Source of the DNA: Octopus vulgaris
Lineage: Eukaryota
NCBI GenBank assembly: GCA_951406725.2
Contig: OX597832.1
Location: 66,402,001-66,466,000, forward strand
Direction: 5' to 3'
DNA length: 64,000 bases
The notes under the pieces were generated by a model. That model worked only from the letters and a program-made list of their open reading frames with translations, made no database searches and had not been told where the DNA came from. Position numbers and translations under genes: made by a program. Below are positions 40,921-55,159 of the stretch, piece after piece (position 1 is the first letter of the stretch; the number at the start of each line of letters is the position of its first letter).

Positions 40921-41992
40921 TTGTCACCTCTGCAGCCAGAGATTATGCGACTATTAGCGGTGAGCATATATAAACGTCACCTATGCATGTGACTAACATA
41001 CCATTAATGAGCGGTATGCTTCGTATAACATTATTCACAGATTGTGATATCGTGAAAGATATTTCAATCATTTCCAGTAAATGAGGCATGTCATTGTCGA
41101 CAGAAATAATAAAGCATAGAGATAATATGTAAAAACAAAATACACTTGTATTTAGAAGTTTCAGCGAACACTCTTGGGGCATATTGTCATAATTTTCATC
41201 TGGTTACAGAACAGAAAGGGAAAAAAAAATAAAACAGAACAGATAAAATGTACATAAAAATATAAACTAGTGAACTGTAAATCCTATGGAAATAGAAAAA
41301 ATATGCATTATGTTTGTTTGTTTTGGTTGTAGATAACTGGGGTCTATATGCGTATGAGTGTACATGTATATATGTATGTATGTGTCTATGATTTTATCGG
41401 CAAGAATACATGAGACTGCTTATATACGTCACTGAGTGTGCAATAATATATATATAGACACGTGTGTCTGTATGCATCTATGTGTTTGTGTCTGTATGTG
41501 TATGTGTATGTGCACGCTTTTGAATGCATTTATGTTTGCACATAGGTACTTAACAGATAAAAACACACACCTGTTCAAGCACACATACGAATAAATGGAC
41601 ACACACACACATGTATATAGCCCCCACATATATCTGTGTGTTTATATATGTCCTTGTCTTAGTGTGTTATTAAGTGTGTGTGCAAGAGACAGAGAGAGAG
41701 AAAGAGAGAGAGAGAGTGAAAGAGAGAGTTTATGCAAGAAACGTATAGATGTAAGGACACCCAGCATATTCTCTATAGTTTATAATTGTATTTGTCAGTT
41801 TGGTGACTTCCCACGACATGCAGAGTGTCATCGGCACGAAAGACCGTGACTAATCTGATTTCCGCTGATCGATGTAACACGACCATTCGTGCTTATGACA
41901 CGCTGGGTAATAGCCGTGTGTGCCACGAACAACACACACTTAAATATAAGTATCATATATATACGTATACACACACGTACACACACACACAC

Positions 41993-42054
<62 letters not shown>

Positions 42055-42926
42055 GCGTTCGTATTGTGTAACATTCAACACATTTATATTCGCTAATGTG
42101 TAAACGATATACATGATCTCCTAAGATGTCCCAACACAGTTTAGTAGCTTTATTCTTTCTTATGAAAAAGGGTTCACATTTTGCAATCAGGATATCCCTA
42201 ATTCATCCGTATCTAGCCCCATTAAATTTTGCTTAACATATAACCACTCCTATTTGACCCAGTCAATTCGTTTATAGATATTTTATCAAGTATATATTAT
42301 ATGACCATACAAATTTATTGTTTTATATTCTAGAAAATAAAGAAAGAAAAGAAAACACTCCACATGAATATATTTTAAACAATCATATTATTCTACCATT
42401 ACAGTAAAGCAATTATGATCATATAACCTCTCGGGAGATTTTAGCAGGAATAACAACTAGGTGGGGGAAATGCGGTGCAGTGAATATCAAAGTTTTCTTT
42501 GGCTGACTGTTTTAATATATTGATATAGGATTCAATAAATATTGATTAAACCCACAATATTGTTTTATAGAAAAATTTTGTTACTAGGTATTGTTTTATC
42601 TATTTATTTAATGTGCTGCATAGATCAGCGCCGATTCTTCAACGCTATAAATATATAATACATGACAATTATGACTTTTCAGCAAAAGTTTGTATCTTTT
42701 ACTACTCTATTAAACGCATTGTTTTCCAAGACTGTAGGATAGATGTGATGGATTTCTATGCACGTACGTTCAGCAATCACATACATGTTTCCTTGTTCAC
42801 AATTCATTGGTTATTTGGTGTTTTTAGTGCTGCTATTCGTTGGTTGATATTTAGCACCGAACTATCGTTATACCGGCTGGACTATGAGCGGAAGCGTTTC
42901 ATCAGCAACCATCCCGACTTTCTATC

Positions 42927-43061
42927 TCAGGTATTACATTTTCCAGCGCATTTGTGAGATATCTTGTGGATATCTTGTGTTAGGAGCGCGGGTATGGTGA
43001 CTCGGGAGAACGACAGGTCCAATGGCGGAGTTGCTCCTACTGCAACGGCTTTTGCATAGCC
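42927..43061 (-). CDS. Candidate terminal coding exon of an unidentified host gene
   Basis: Strong acceptor TTTCTGTTTTCTATTTTCTCCCCATTGTAG|G followed by GC-richer unique sequence. Two frames stay open for ~42-44 codons (LCKSRCSRSNSAIGPVVLPSHH...* or GYAKAVAVGATPPLDLSF...*). Downstream minus-strand AATAAA at ~42149 and ~42314. Confidence 0.3.
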   Translation of the reverse strand, partial: GYAKAVAVGATPPLDLSFSRVTIPALLTQDIHKISHKCAGKCNT

Positions 43062-44099
43062 CTACAATGGGGAGAAAATAGAAAACAGAAACAAAAACAC
43101 TTTACGCGCGAGTCGCTCAACGATAATCTTCAACTGTGATACACAACAATTTTTCAACAACGGACAGTCTTGAAGAGAAAGCTTTCAACACTCCACCAAC
43201 AATCCAAGACCGTGGTCAGAAATGACAAAACTCAGAACTCAAACAAACAAGTAGTCTGCAACATTAAAGTCTTCAATTTCTTATTACCCACAAGGGGCTA
43301 GAAATAGAGATTATACGTTACAAAACAGTACAAAACATATAATCGGGGAAATAAAAAAATCGAGTGAAAAAAACGAAAAGAATGAAAGAAAATATGAAAA
43401 TGATAAAATGAGGCGCAATGGTTACATTTGTTCGTGAGGTATAATTTTTCTCAGCGATGGTTTCAAGCATTAATTAAATTAGCAAATGAATCTTCACTTG
43501 TGTATCTTCATATGTGTAACGAAAAGAATACGAGGTGGATTATTTACATTGTTAACACTCCTAGTTGTTCACAGAATCTGCTAGAATCGTACATCGTTCT
43601 TTATCAGATAACAAGCATTGTGCGGTGTAAAGGATGTCAAGGTTAATTTGGAGAAAACGTTGCAGTAAAACAGTGATGCATTCTCCCTTGCTTTGTATTT
43701 CATTTAATACCAATTATAGACATATTCAATGATTCAACTATACCTACATTAATGAAGGCCTCATTATCCATTTTTAAGTATAACCGAGATAAAATGTCAT
43801 ACAAAAGATAAAGTATGTTATCATTAGAGGAATGTTCTTAGTCATACCCTGAAAATATGCAAAAAAAATATTGTTCACTTTATCTTATGAAATAATACGA
43901 CGAAATGTGCAAGAAATTTCTCTTCTCAATGAAACTGAAGAAGGCCAAAATCTTAGGGTATAAGCACTCAAGTTACTTTCTGTATTACGATAAAAAACAA
44001 CGAAATGGATGGAGTATCATTGGTTTCCGTGTATTGAATCCAAAGCGACATTTAGTTTCGTGCTACGGGTAGAAATCCTTAAGCACATCAAGAAATCTG

Positions 44100-44560
44100 C
44101 TACTGCTGTCTGAAAATTGTTAAGAATATATCAGGTTATTACTCGAACGTCTGCTATAATCGTAGCATCGAAGACCTATTATTTGCAAACTTTTTTTATG
44201 TCAGCGAATTGGAAACAGAATGCTCTAAAAGAACGCAAACTTCATGTCCGGCATACAAGTTATCTGCGAAGAATACGTTGGACCATATATCAAGAGAGGA
44301 GTTATAACACGAATTCCCTAGGGAGAACGACTTTCATTAATATTCATCTTTGGATGCTGAGAAAAATTCCAATGATCCTACGCTTTTCCAGTCTTCTCAA
44401 AGAATATTAACGTGTTATAGGGACAGCGGAAAAACCAATCCTTATATAACAAAATACAGCCGAAGATACTGTTAGAAGGAATTTCTCTGTCATTTCACAA
44501 GTTATTTTCAAACCTTCTGCACCTCTAGTGGTGCCCACTATAATGCGGATGGGTGACGGA
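44100..44560 (+). mobile_element. Decayed RTE-like LINE 3' remnant
   Basis: LHVRHTSYLRRIRW and IQPKILLEG resemble the RTE C-terminal motifs CLRRIL..W and RLPKxLLYG. Confidence 0.4.
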
Positions 44561-44613
44561 TAATAATCGAGTGAAATAATTAAGCACCACATGACATATA
44601 TATATATATATAT

Positions 44614-45031
44614 ACTCTTTACTCTGTTACTCTTTTACTTGTTTCAGCCATTTGACTGTGTCCCATGCTGGAGCACCGTTTTTAGTCGAGCAAATCGACC
44701 CCAGGACTTATTCTTTGTAAGCCTAGTACTTATTCTGTCGGTCACTTTTGCCGAACCGCTATGTTACGTGGACGTAAACACAGCAGCATCGGCTGGGGGG
44801 ACAAATACAGACACACTAACATATACACACACACACACACACACACATACACATATACATATATACATATATACGATGTGCTTCTTTCAGTTTCCGTCTA
44901 CCAAGTCCACTCACTAGGCTTTGGTCGGCCCGACGCTATAGTAGAAATCACTTGCCCAAGGTGCCACGCAGTGGGACTGAATCCGGAACCATGTGGTTGG
45001 GAAGCAAACGTCTTGCCGCACAACCACTCCT
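44614..45031 (-). mobile_element. SINE family 1
   Basis: Reverse-complement match to 11333-11738, more diverged. Confidence 0.88.
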
Positions 45032-46755
45032 ATATATATATTTGGACACACACACACGCACACATTTAACCGTGCATGTATGTACGCGTAATACTTGGTT
45101 GTGTGTTGAGTTCTGGTAAGCACGTAATACATAACAAATGACTATATTTCATACTTTAGCTCTCCCGTCGTAGAGATGCGCAAAAATTAAAAGTAACGTT
45201 TTGATTCTTCGCCAAACACTTAGGTGTCTTAAAGAGAAGAACGCAAGCAAGTTGATCATGGTTCATTATTACTCTGCAAACGGGCGAATCAACCTGCTAA
45301 ACATTCATGTTACATCTCTAAGTTACCCACTACCATCTTCCACAAGGAGATGATGTATTAGTTATTAAAGTGCTACGGGCTTCAGAAATACTCTAATCAT
45401 AGTCATGGTTAGAATGCCTTTGATCATAGATCTGCTGTATAAGGTTGACCTTCGACAAACCTAAAATAAAAATGCTGTATCTCCTGATGAGGATGCTGCT
45501 GCTGTTACTGTTTCTACATTACATGAGAGAATCGATCTATGACGTCATACGTTCTCACTGCGGTTAGGCTGGACCAAATGCAATTTACTACAGTCCTCGA
45601 GCAACGTTCATTGTTTTTGTTCCCTACGTTGTATCCCCATTGGAATATAATTATTTCTTCGTTATTTGAGAAAGAACATACGCACAAAAGGTTGCGCTGT
45701 GGGAAATATCTTAAAGGCATTTTCTCTTTGAGAAGACTTTTGAACAAAAATATTCCTGCTGTAAAGAACTTTTTAATTTATTCTCAGACAGAGTAGCTTC
45801 CATTCTATCATGCAATATATTCTATCATTTTGTTAGACGATCTGCTTCTATTTCTAGTATAACGCGATCCTGCACAAAAGACCACACTACACAATAATAT
45901 TTTTGAAATTTTATGCCATTTCCAACCGTGATCATCAAGACTAATGAGATATGCGCGATTTCATTGATTAATATATTTTTTTTTACATTTGAAAACAAAA
46001 TGCTTTGCCGGAGAATAAACTATTGTTATAGAAAATTGAGAAACCTCAGTGAGATTGCGTCAAATATTATAATATTAATATTTAATATTAACTAATGCAT
46101 TCCTATGGTGATATGGCGATATGAACGAAGTAATTATTTATGCAAAAATAACTTCGTTTTCCTATTTATTTAGATCTTCGCATTAGAGTCATAATAGAGA
46201 GAACAAAAGTAGTTATTTTGCTAACCTTGCCTGCTGCTTTCCTCATCCAACACATGCACATAGATTTACATATAGCAAAACTATTGAGTATCAGAGCTAG
46301 CAGAATCGTTAGCACGTCGGATGAAATGCTCGGCAGCATTCATTCCGGTTCTTTATGTCGTCTTCTCAAATACTGGCCAGGTCTTCTTTGATGTCCATCG
46401 TCTCACTTTTATTAGAATAAAATACCAGCCATATACTAGGTTGACGTCCACGACTTTTCCTCTGACTCGGAATTGCTGGTCCTCTGGAATATCAATGAAA
46501 CTTAAATCAAAGCAATAAATATTGTTCATTGAATCAATAGATACGATTAATTATAACATGAATGTCAAGTAAATTAAACTTCTTTGAGATAATCTATGAA
46601 TATGTTTAAAAAATATGGCGTTAACTGTGATTGGGTTGTCATATTACGCTTAAAAGCTTGAGGGTGCTACGAAGTGAACAGGTATTGAAAGGCTTATGAT
46701 AAATTTTACAATTTACTTGTGTCACAAAACTACATACACACGCACACACATGATA

Positions 46756-47021
46756 AACACTCCGTCGGTTACGACGACGAGGGCTCCAGCTGATTCTTTC
46801 AACGAAACAGCCTGCTCGTGAGATTAACATTCAAGAGAGCGCTCCACAGACAAGCGTATACTTGACGGAGTTTTCAGGGAAATTGATCGTGAGGCACAGC
46901 CCCTTCTGCTAGCTATGTGGAGCAACGTGATATAAAGTGTCGTGCTCAGAGACACAACATACCGCCGGTAATCGAACTCACGATCTCACGATCATGTGCT
47001 GATTATCCTACCCACTAAGCC
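46756..47021 (-). mobile_element. SINE family 3, degenerate
   Basis: Shares CACTCCGTCGGTTACGACGACG with ~6580-6601; tRNA-like head with GAGTTCGATT. Confidence 0.7.
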
Positions 47022-47126
47022 AGACTTTATTTATTCATTTATTTGTATTTATTGCTAAATTTTTATATACATGGACAGATAGAGAAATAGATAGACATAT
47101 AGATAGAGAGATAGGTAGAGAGAAAG

Positions 47127-47169
<43 letters not shown>

Positions 47170-47655
47170 CCGGTAAATTTCATAAGCGAAAACTGAAGAC
47201 TGCAAGAATATACAATTTTTGCCAAATGTAATAATTTCATGCTTATAAAGAATGGAAAGAATTTCGACGTTTTGGATGCCAGTCCTTCAGAAAAATAAAA
47301 GCATGGTAAATTGGAACCATATGGAAGTCTGTGTGCTGCGGTTTCTTCGTTTACGCGTCACGATTTTTGTTTGACCTAGTCACCAAGTATAATCATAATG
47401 TGGTTATTACTGGCGCGTATATTTTTTGAGCGATGCCACAGAAAGAGCCAACTTTTGCTCTGGATGCACATACTCCTTGCATTGGTTATACTTAGCAGTG
47501 TCACACAAACCCAACCATAAAATATCAGATGGGGCGGAATGAAACCATACGCTGCTGTGACATGAAATTGTACTATAGCTGGTTTCCAATACTCTCTCAC
47601 ACACACACTGACGCACGCACGGCAAGACAGAAACACACACATGCACGCACATATA

Positions 47656-47711
<56 letters not shown>

Positions 47712-47729
47712 TATATGTATTCTTTAGTT

Positions 47730-47990
47730 CTATTACTCTTTTACTTGTTGCAGCACCACCATAAAGTGTTATTTAGTCGAAGAAATAGAGCACAGAACTT
47801 ATTCTTTGTAGGCCTAGTGTTTATTTTATCGGTCAACTGGTAACTAGTTTACCGAATCCTATTTTATCGACTCGAAAGGTGAACGGCAAAGTCGACCCTG
47901 CCGGCATTTAAACTTAAAAGGAAGTAAAATCGGACGAGATTTCGCTAAATATTTTGCCCCGCGTGTTTACGTTTCTACAAGTGCACCGGC
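47730..47990 (-). mobile_element. Adjacent fragments of SINE families 1 and 2
   Basis: TACTCTTTTACTTGTT tail, and GGCAAAGTCGACC which is the reverse complement of the family 2 core. Confidence 0.6.
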
Positions 47991-48241
47991 CTCATTGACT
48001 TATATATTGATAGACATAAGCATACACATATCTAATAGCTTTTCATCAATATATTTGTGTGTGAATGGAAATGTTTTATAAATTACAAGTATGTTAACGG
48101 GTGTGACTATAATTTACTTAATCATCGGTATATTATTATGATTTTATTTTTAATATTTCTATTATATGTAATTTTCTAGATGGTGTAATTTAATTGTTCA
48201 TTTTGATTTTGATAAAAGGTGGGTTTTTTCTAATTTTTATA

Positions 48242-48276
<35 letters not shown>

Positions 48277-48282
48277 ATCTAC

Positions 48283-48361
<79 letters not shown>

Positions 48362-50295
48362 CATGGGGAGTGATTTGTGTCTGTATATACATGTAACTTC
48401 GTGTTTTGCGATCCATTATTGCTTAGTCATTAATTAAGTGGTTAAGTATAGAAGCAATTAATATTACATTATTACAATATCAGCGCGTGGGCGGGAATCA
48501 ATCTCACCAATTTACTGTTTGCCTCCTTTTACTGGTTCTCTAATCATGAAACACTACAGAAACTACCAGGAGAATATGTGCTACTCAATAGAAAGTAATT
48601 TAAACGAATTATTAAACGATATATCAGATTAATCAAACTTGTAATTATAAATGAACATTAAACGTATAGTTGGTTTTTGTTTGCTTTGTTGTTTTTCTAT
48701 ATATATTTTTGGTTCTATCAGACACAGACCAGTTTATATAAGAATTAGTAGGAATATGAACAAAATGGAGAATTGTAGTTTGTTAAATTCTCTTTACATT
48801 TCAAGTTGTATCTGGCCAGTTCTTATTAACCCTGAACCTAAAACATTAAACCGTTTCGAAGTAGATTTGGATTTATTCAGGAAATATTTTAGTCGTCTTC
48901 TGATAAAATCGCAATTCACTGTCACATACGTTAGCTGTTTTCTGTGCCATTCCATCTTCTTTTTTCTTCTGATTATCTAAGCCAGTAGACTGCGACTATG
49001 TTAAGACAACTCATCGGAAGGTTAATTCACACAAATTGATTTCGTCATTTGGGGTCATTTTAAGTAGAATTCTTTTGATAAACCACAATGGGTCACGGAC
49101 GTAGACACACTTCCATAAGATAGGAACAAAAGCCATGACTTTCAAACACACATCTGTACACATATATAGCAATGGTTGACCCAGTACTGTAGTGGGAAAA
49201 TTTTAACTAATAGGCCGCGCAGAACCCCAGACCCACGTGTACTGAAATGGATATATTATACGTACATACATACATACATACATACATACATACATACAAG
49301 TATTAGCGAGGAAAGCAATATTAATCAAGGAAGATGATCCTTATATACAGCTTAATGTGGGTGCATTGCCAGAACACCGAATACTGTGGCATACACCTTG
49401 CGTATTCCTATCATAAAGCCGTACAGTGCTAAGAGTTCAGGAATATCTCTTAGAAGAAGAAAATTGTCTGTCATGGTCGCCGTAATTGGCGAGTATGCTG
49501 TGAATATATTCGGCTGTTATGCGATGAATGTACCTGCTACCTGTTGACGCATGCCTGCCTCTGAACAAGCGCAGTCCATAGAAATCATGTCGTCTCGCAG
49601 TTCCGGCAGTTATGACAGATTGTCGTCTGCTACTAGGAATGTTGTTCTCTCAACACCATACATTACGGGAGAGGACTTCTCAACACGAATAGCTTATTAT
49701 TTAGCATTGTGACAATATTCATATATGCACACACACACAAACATAAACACACACACACACACACACAAACATAAACACACACACACATGGATATACATGT
49801 TTATTGAAGGGTTTCCACTCAGTTTCCGTCTACTTAATTCATTCACATGCAATTGGATGGTGGGAGCTATAACAGACCAGAACTTTGGCCAAGATGCCTT
49901 GCAGAGGGACTGAATGCTGAATCACGTGGTTATCAAGTTAACTTGCATATCAAGCCATGGTGAAATCACATCTAGAGAGAAATATAATCCAGTTTATTAT
50001 ATTTCGTTATTTTATTAATTTTCTTTTAAAGTTGTCGTTCAGATGTGTAAACATAGGAGTTTACTCATATTTGAAAAGAAATATTATGTCGGAATAACTT
50101 TATTTCTAAGTTATTACATTGGTTCCATTAAAATAAATATCAGACGCTCAATCGCCAGCTATTAAACAATATTAATTTTTAACAGCTGCTGATTGTGTCT
50201 CTACTACAGTAGGACACACATACAAATATATTAACAGAGAAAGAGAGAGTGAGCGACATTCATAAACATACATATACATATATATACACATGCAC

Positions 50296-50372
<77 letters not shown>

Positions 50373-50863
50373 TGCATATATGTATGTGTGCGTGTGTGTA
50401 CATATTCATGTATACGTGAAACAAAAAGAATGCAAAAGATTTTGGGTGTTTTAAATGAAGGTAATGTCTGGTTATTTACCATTTTGATCACAAACATATG
50501 TGCATACATACATACATTCATGCATACATACGTACATAAATACATACATACATACACATATATATATACATACATGCATACATGTATGTAACCGTACGTA
50601 GACTGTTGGTGATTTTTCTTTCTTTTTTACTTCTTTCTCTTTGGATTTTTCTCTTTGGATTTTTCTCTTTCCGACGAAGAGCTATGCTCGAAATATTAAC
50701 AACACTGTCCTTTCACCGAACATCAAATTAATATATTGCCTGTGGACGTCCTCACCTTCGTATCTTTCTTTTTGTATCAGGTTTTTTTTTTAATTTGTTG
50801 AATTTCTTAATTTACGAGATATATACATACACACACATTAAGTTTGGTCAGAATAAATGTTGC

Positions 50864-51249
50864 TACAAAGGTGAGTCAAATAGTATTGCCATTTCGTTTA
50901 GGACAGGTATAATTACCAACACAGGAACATGTATCATACATGTATCGTCACTGGAATAATGTTTACCTCTCAAACCCTCTTTCATGAGGTCAAAGAGATG
51001 ATAGTCCAGTAACGAGGAAGGGAAAACTGTAATGAAGAAGTGGTTCAAAGAACAATCAACAGAATTTTACGGGGCCGGGATACATGCTCTCATCCGAATG
51101 CTGCTATTGAGAGAAACAGTGATTATGTTGAGGAGTAGGGATGTGATCCACAGAGGACCAGCTTTATTTTGATGTATGATACATGTTCCTGTGTTGATAA
51201 TTACAGCTGTCCTAAACAAAATGGCATTACGTTTTGACTCAACCTCGTA
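50864..51249 (+). mobile_element. Internally deleted mariner with ~75-bp TIRs and TA target duplication
   Basis: TACAAAGGTGAGTCAAA...TGTATCATACA is mirrored at ~51173-51249. Transposase C-terminal remnants DYHLFDLMKEGLRGKHYSSD (minus strand) and EEGKTVMKKWFKEQSTEFYGAGIHALIR..ERNSDYVEE* (plus strand). Confidence 0.88.
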
Positions 51250-53548
51250 TATTTGTGTGAAAAGAAGGAAAGCTGCAAGAGCGACTAATAACCTCTCCTT
51301 CAATGAATTAGCTGTTTCATTTTTATCCACCTTGGTGTGGATGAAAAGATCTTACGATTGCAGCTGTAACAAGACATGTAAATAGCGAATATTACATCCG
51401 GACACAGTAAATATGGCACACGGAACTCTCTGTATTCAAAAAGACTTTGACCCAGAATGTGTTTACAGTGCCAATACTTAATCCAACATTTGGGCTACTT
51501 GGCTGCTTGACGAGATCCGAATCATTGATGTGTCGTAGACCGCCTCAACCTAAACCGTAAAAAATGGGATCAGAGGCATAATATCATTCCACATCTCCTT
51601 TGAATGCCGTATCATATATTTTCGTATCATATCCTTTAATCACTAAGTGTCAAAACTGTAAGCGTATATGGGGTTCATGACATTCCTTGACGTTTATATA
51701 AGTATATTTGATCACGTCTAAATATGAAACTATATGCAAGCGAGTACACACATAAAAATAACATACAAACTGCACACATATATACATATATACAGAAATA
51801 CTTTGTTGTTAATGTTGAAATTGCAATGAAAGATTTTGGATCTAGGTTAAAAATCGGCTCATTCTCTGTCGGCAATAACCCTTGAAATAAAACTGAATAG
51901 CATACATACATGCGTAATATGCATACATATATGCGTACATGCATGCCTGCATGCATACATACATAAATACCTTCTCGCATGCATATATATAGACATGCAT
52001 TCATACAAATAAATAATACATACACACATACATGCGTACATGAATGCGTACATGAATGCGTACATTAATTCATACATGCATACATACACACGCACATGCG
52101 CACGTTTGTCTGCAACATAGCGTCGTATAAACGTAGGCTTTTAACTAGTATAAAGTGGTATGGTCCCAAGTGTACTGTGTAGCCCTTTTGGCCTGTGTTA
52201 TTCTATCATAATATCGAATGGACTCTTCCTTCTATTTTATTGTTTGAAGGCTAGATCCAATCAAGTGTCCAATTTCATATTAACACTTGCATTATGCGTA
52301 TATTGAGCAGACGTCTTTGTTTGCCGGAGTTTGGATGCCGTTTCAATATTTTGGCAAGATTCTATTCCGAGCAGTACTTTAGCAAAAGCGAACTAGGGCG
52401 CTGCATTTCACGCTTAGACACTTTTGTAGTTATTCCGAGAAATATTTCACCTTCACTATAAAAACATAAACATATTTGAGTGTGTATTTTACCTTTCTGA
52501 AAATATGAATTTTACACTTTTTACCATCATGTTCCATGGAATAAAAACAATGGCGATTGTCTTAGATTTTGAAAACTTTTTCTACCGTTTTAATACTCTA
52601 TACTTTATAAACTATTAAACTGAGAGATCTGGATGTTGTAGTATGTCATAATGTTTTTTTTATTTTTATTTTCGTGGGAATTCCAAAGATTCTTTCATTG
52701 CAGTGAGTAACTTCCTATCAGTCGGTAGTGAAATACATAGCTAACTACGGATAACTGTGACCAGATATCCTTTCAAGAAATACCCAGTACAAGAGTGAAT
52801 CGGGTTTTGTGTGTTTTTAAATGATTTATAAACACCTTCCTCGCTGCAATTATTTTCGTTCCAGCAAACGATCTCAGATCAGATCACTTGCTATACATTT
52901 CCGAATACAAACGATAAAACACAAAAAAGAGAAGCGAAGATAAACAAAGTAATATGAACTGCTTATTCTAACTCAGAGTGTCATTGTGCTGCGAACAAAT
53001 ACATACTTTAATTCTATTTAACCTGTTTTAATATAAGTGAAATAGAACCAGGCCGTATGCGTTTTGGTTGGCATAATGACCCTCCCGAGATACAACAAAA
53101 TATGTTTCAACATATGATTTCCCATCAAGAAACTTGTAGAAAATTTCTCGTCTGGCAGTTAGAACAATTTTCTTTGTTGCTAAATATTTATCTAGTAACC
53201 ATATTATACGCGTCATTGTTACAGGGACAAACTAGATCGATAGGTAAGAGATCTAGTCAAATAAATGATTCAATTTACTATGTTAGCATTACTCAAGACA
53301 AGTAGGCATTGATAAAGATACAAGTGTTTGTGAAATTAAAACAAACAGACCTATTTGCAATATAAATATTATGGGAAAATATTAATTATTCATGAAGAAA
53401 ATTCAAATTTTAAATATCACACAACGGCTTCTTTCCAATTATTCTCTAGCGACCTATATATCATATATCAAGCGTAATGCTTCAACACACATACACACAT
53501 ACACAAATACATATGCGTAAACATACATATATTCATATATATATATAT

Positions 53549-53605
<57 letters not shown>

Positions 53606-54217
53606 GCGTATATACATGTATATATATATAAACACAGACAAACGCAAACATGTTTGTGCATATATATATATAATATAGTTTTATACTATCAAACAGATAT
53701 ATGCATGTATATTCGTGTATGTTCATCCGTGTATGCATAAACATGTATATGTATGTGTCTGTATGTGAGTGTATATATATTTGTACACAAGAATATGTAT
53801 ATACATACGTATGTGTGTGTATGTGTGTGTGTGTGTGTGTGTGCGCGCACGAATGTACTTATACTATGTACCGGTTAATACTTATATTTAATATATGCCA
53901 TGATTCTTTCACATCTAGTGCGGCAAAAGTGTTGAAATCTCTGGTTCGTCCAGAACCAAACTCTCAGATGATGCAAAGCCCTCACTAGGTATCCTGATTC
54001 GTTCTCCTGAAACTAATAACATAATTAAAGTAATAAGAATCATTAGATTATATTGTTTCATTCACTTCATGTTTAGACTAAACCTCGAGAGTTTAATAAT
54101 GGTAACTTCGAAATACTCATAGACAACACACCGTGTATATTCACATGTATGTTTTCTATTTGCAAATGTCTGCAACAGCTGAACGTCAGCTCATTTGTGT
54201 TATGATATATATATATG

Positions 54218-54396
<179 letters not shown>

Positions 54397-54414
54397 GCAG
54401 AGAAATTCATAAAC

Positions 54415-54460
<46 letters not shown>

Positions 54461-55117
54461 GTTTATGAATTTCTGCTGCAATGTTCCTGATATGAAGCCA
54501 TGTTTTGAAACGGATATTGTTGTATTTCGGGATGATTATTTTTTTTGTTGCCAAATATATATATATATATATATATTTAAAGAGAGAAAGAGAGAGGAAG
54601 AGAGAGAGAGAGAGAGGGGAGGGAGGGAGTGATAGTGAGAGAGAGAGAGAGTGAGAGAATGTATGTATATACGCATACATGCATGTCTCGACACCTTGTG
54701 AACAGAGCTGCTGCTTGACAGGCCCCTGATATTTGGAAATAAGTAGCAAAATCTTAATTTCGACGGAAAATTTCCGAAACTATATATGTGATCCTACTTC
54801 ATGTATATATATAGACAAAACATTTAAACACAAAGGTTTGAAATAAGATGTCACTATTGTTATTGGTGCTTTACGGTGGTTAGATTAAGACTTTAGCCCA
54901 TAATTCTTGGAGTTTGATGCTTTTCTGCATCCCTACGTTTCGTGCTGATATTACTGTAGAACAACTTTATATAATATATATCATAATGTTATTTATTCTC
55001 CGATTTTAAACGACAATTTTAAATATAAACAAATGCCCGGAAAATGATGTGCTAACCTCAGGCTGAATGGAAGTCACACACACACACACACACAGACACG
55101 CACACATACACACAGAG

Positions 55118-55159
<42 letters not shown>

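Noticed and set aside
45484-45550. CTGATGA core and a TGACGTCA (CRE) palindrome
   Set aside because: No GAAA or stems, and a single octamer is expected by chance in 64 kb.
49165-49720. Helitron-like relic
   Set aside because: Only a vague terminal hairpin; no second copy or clear termini.
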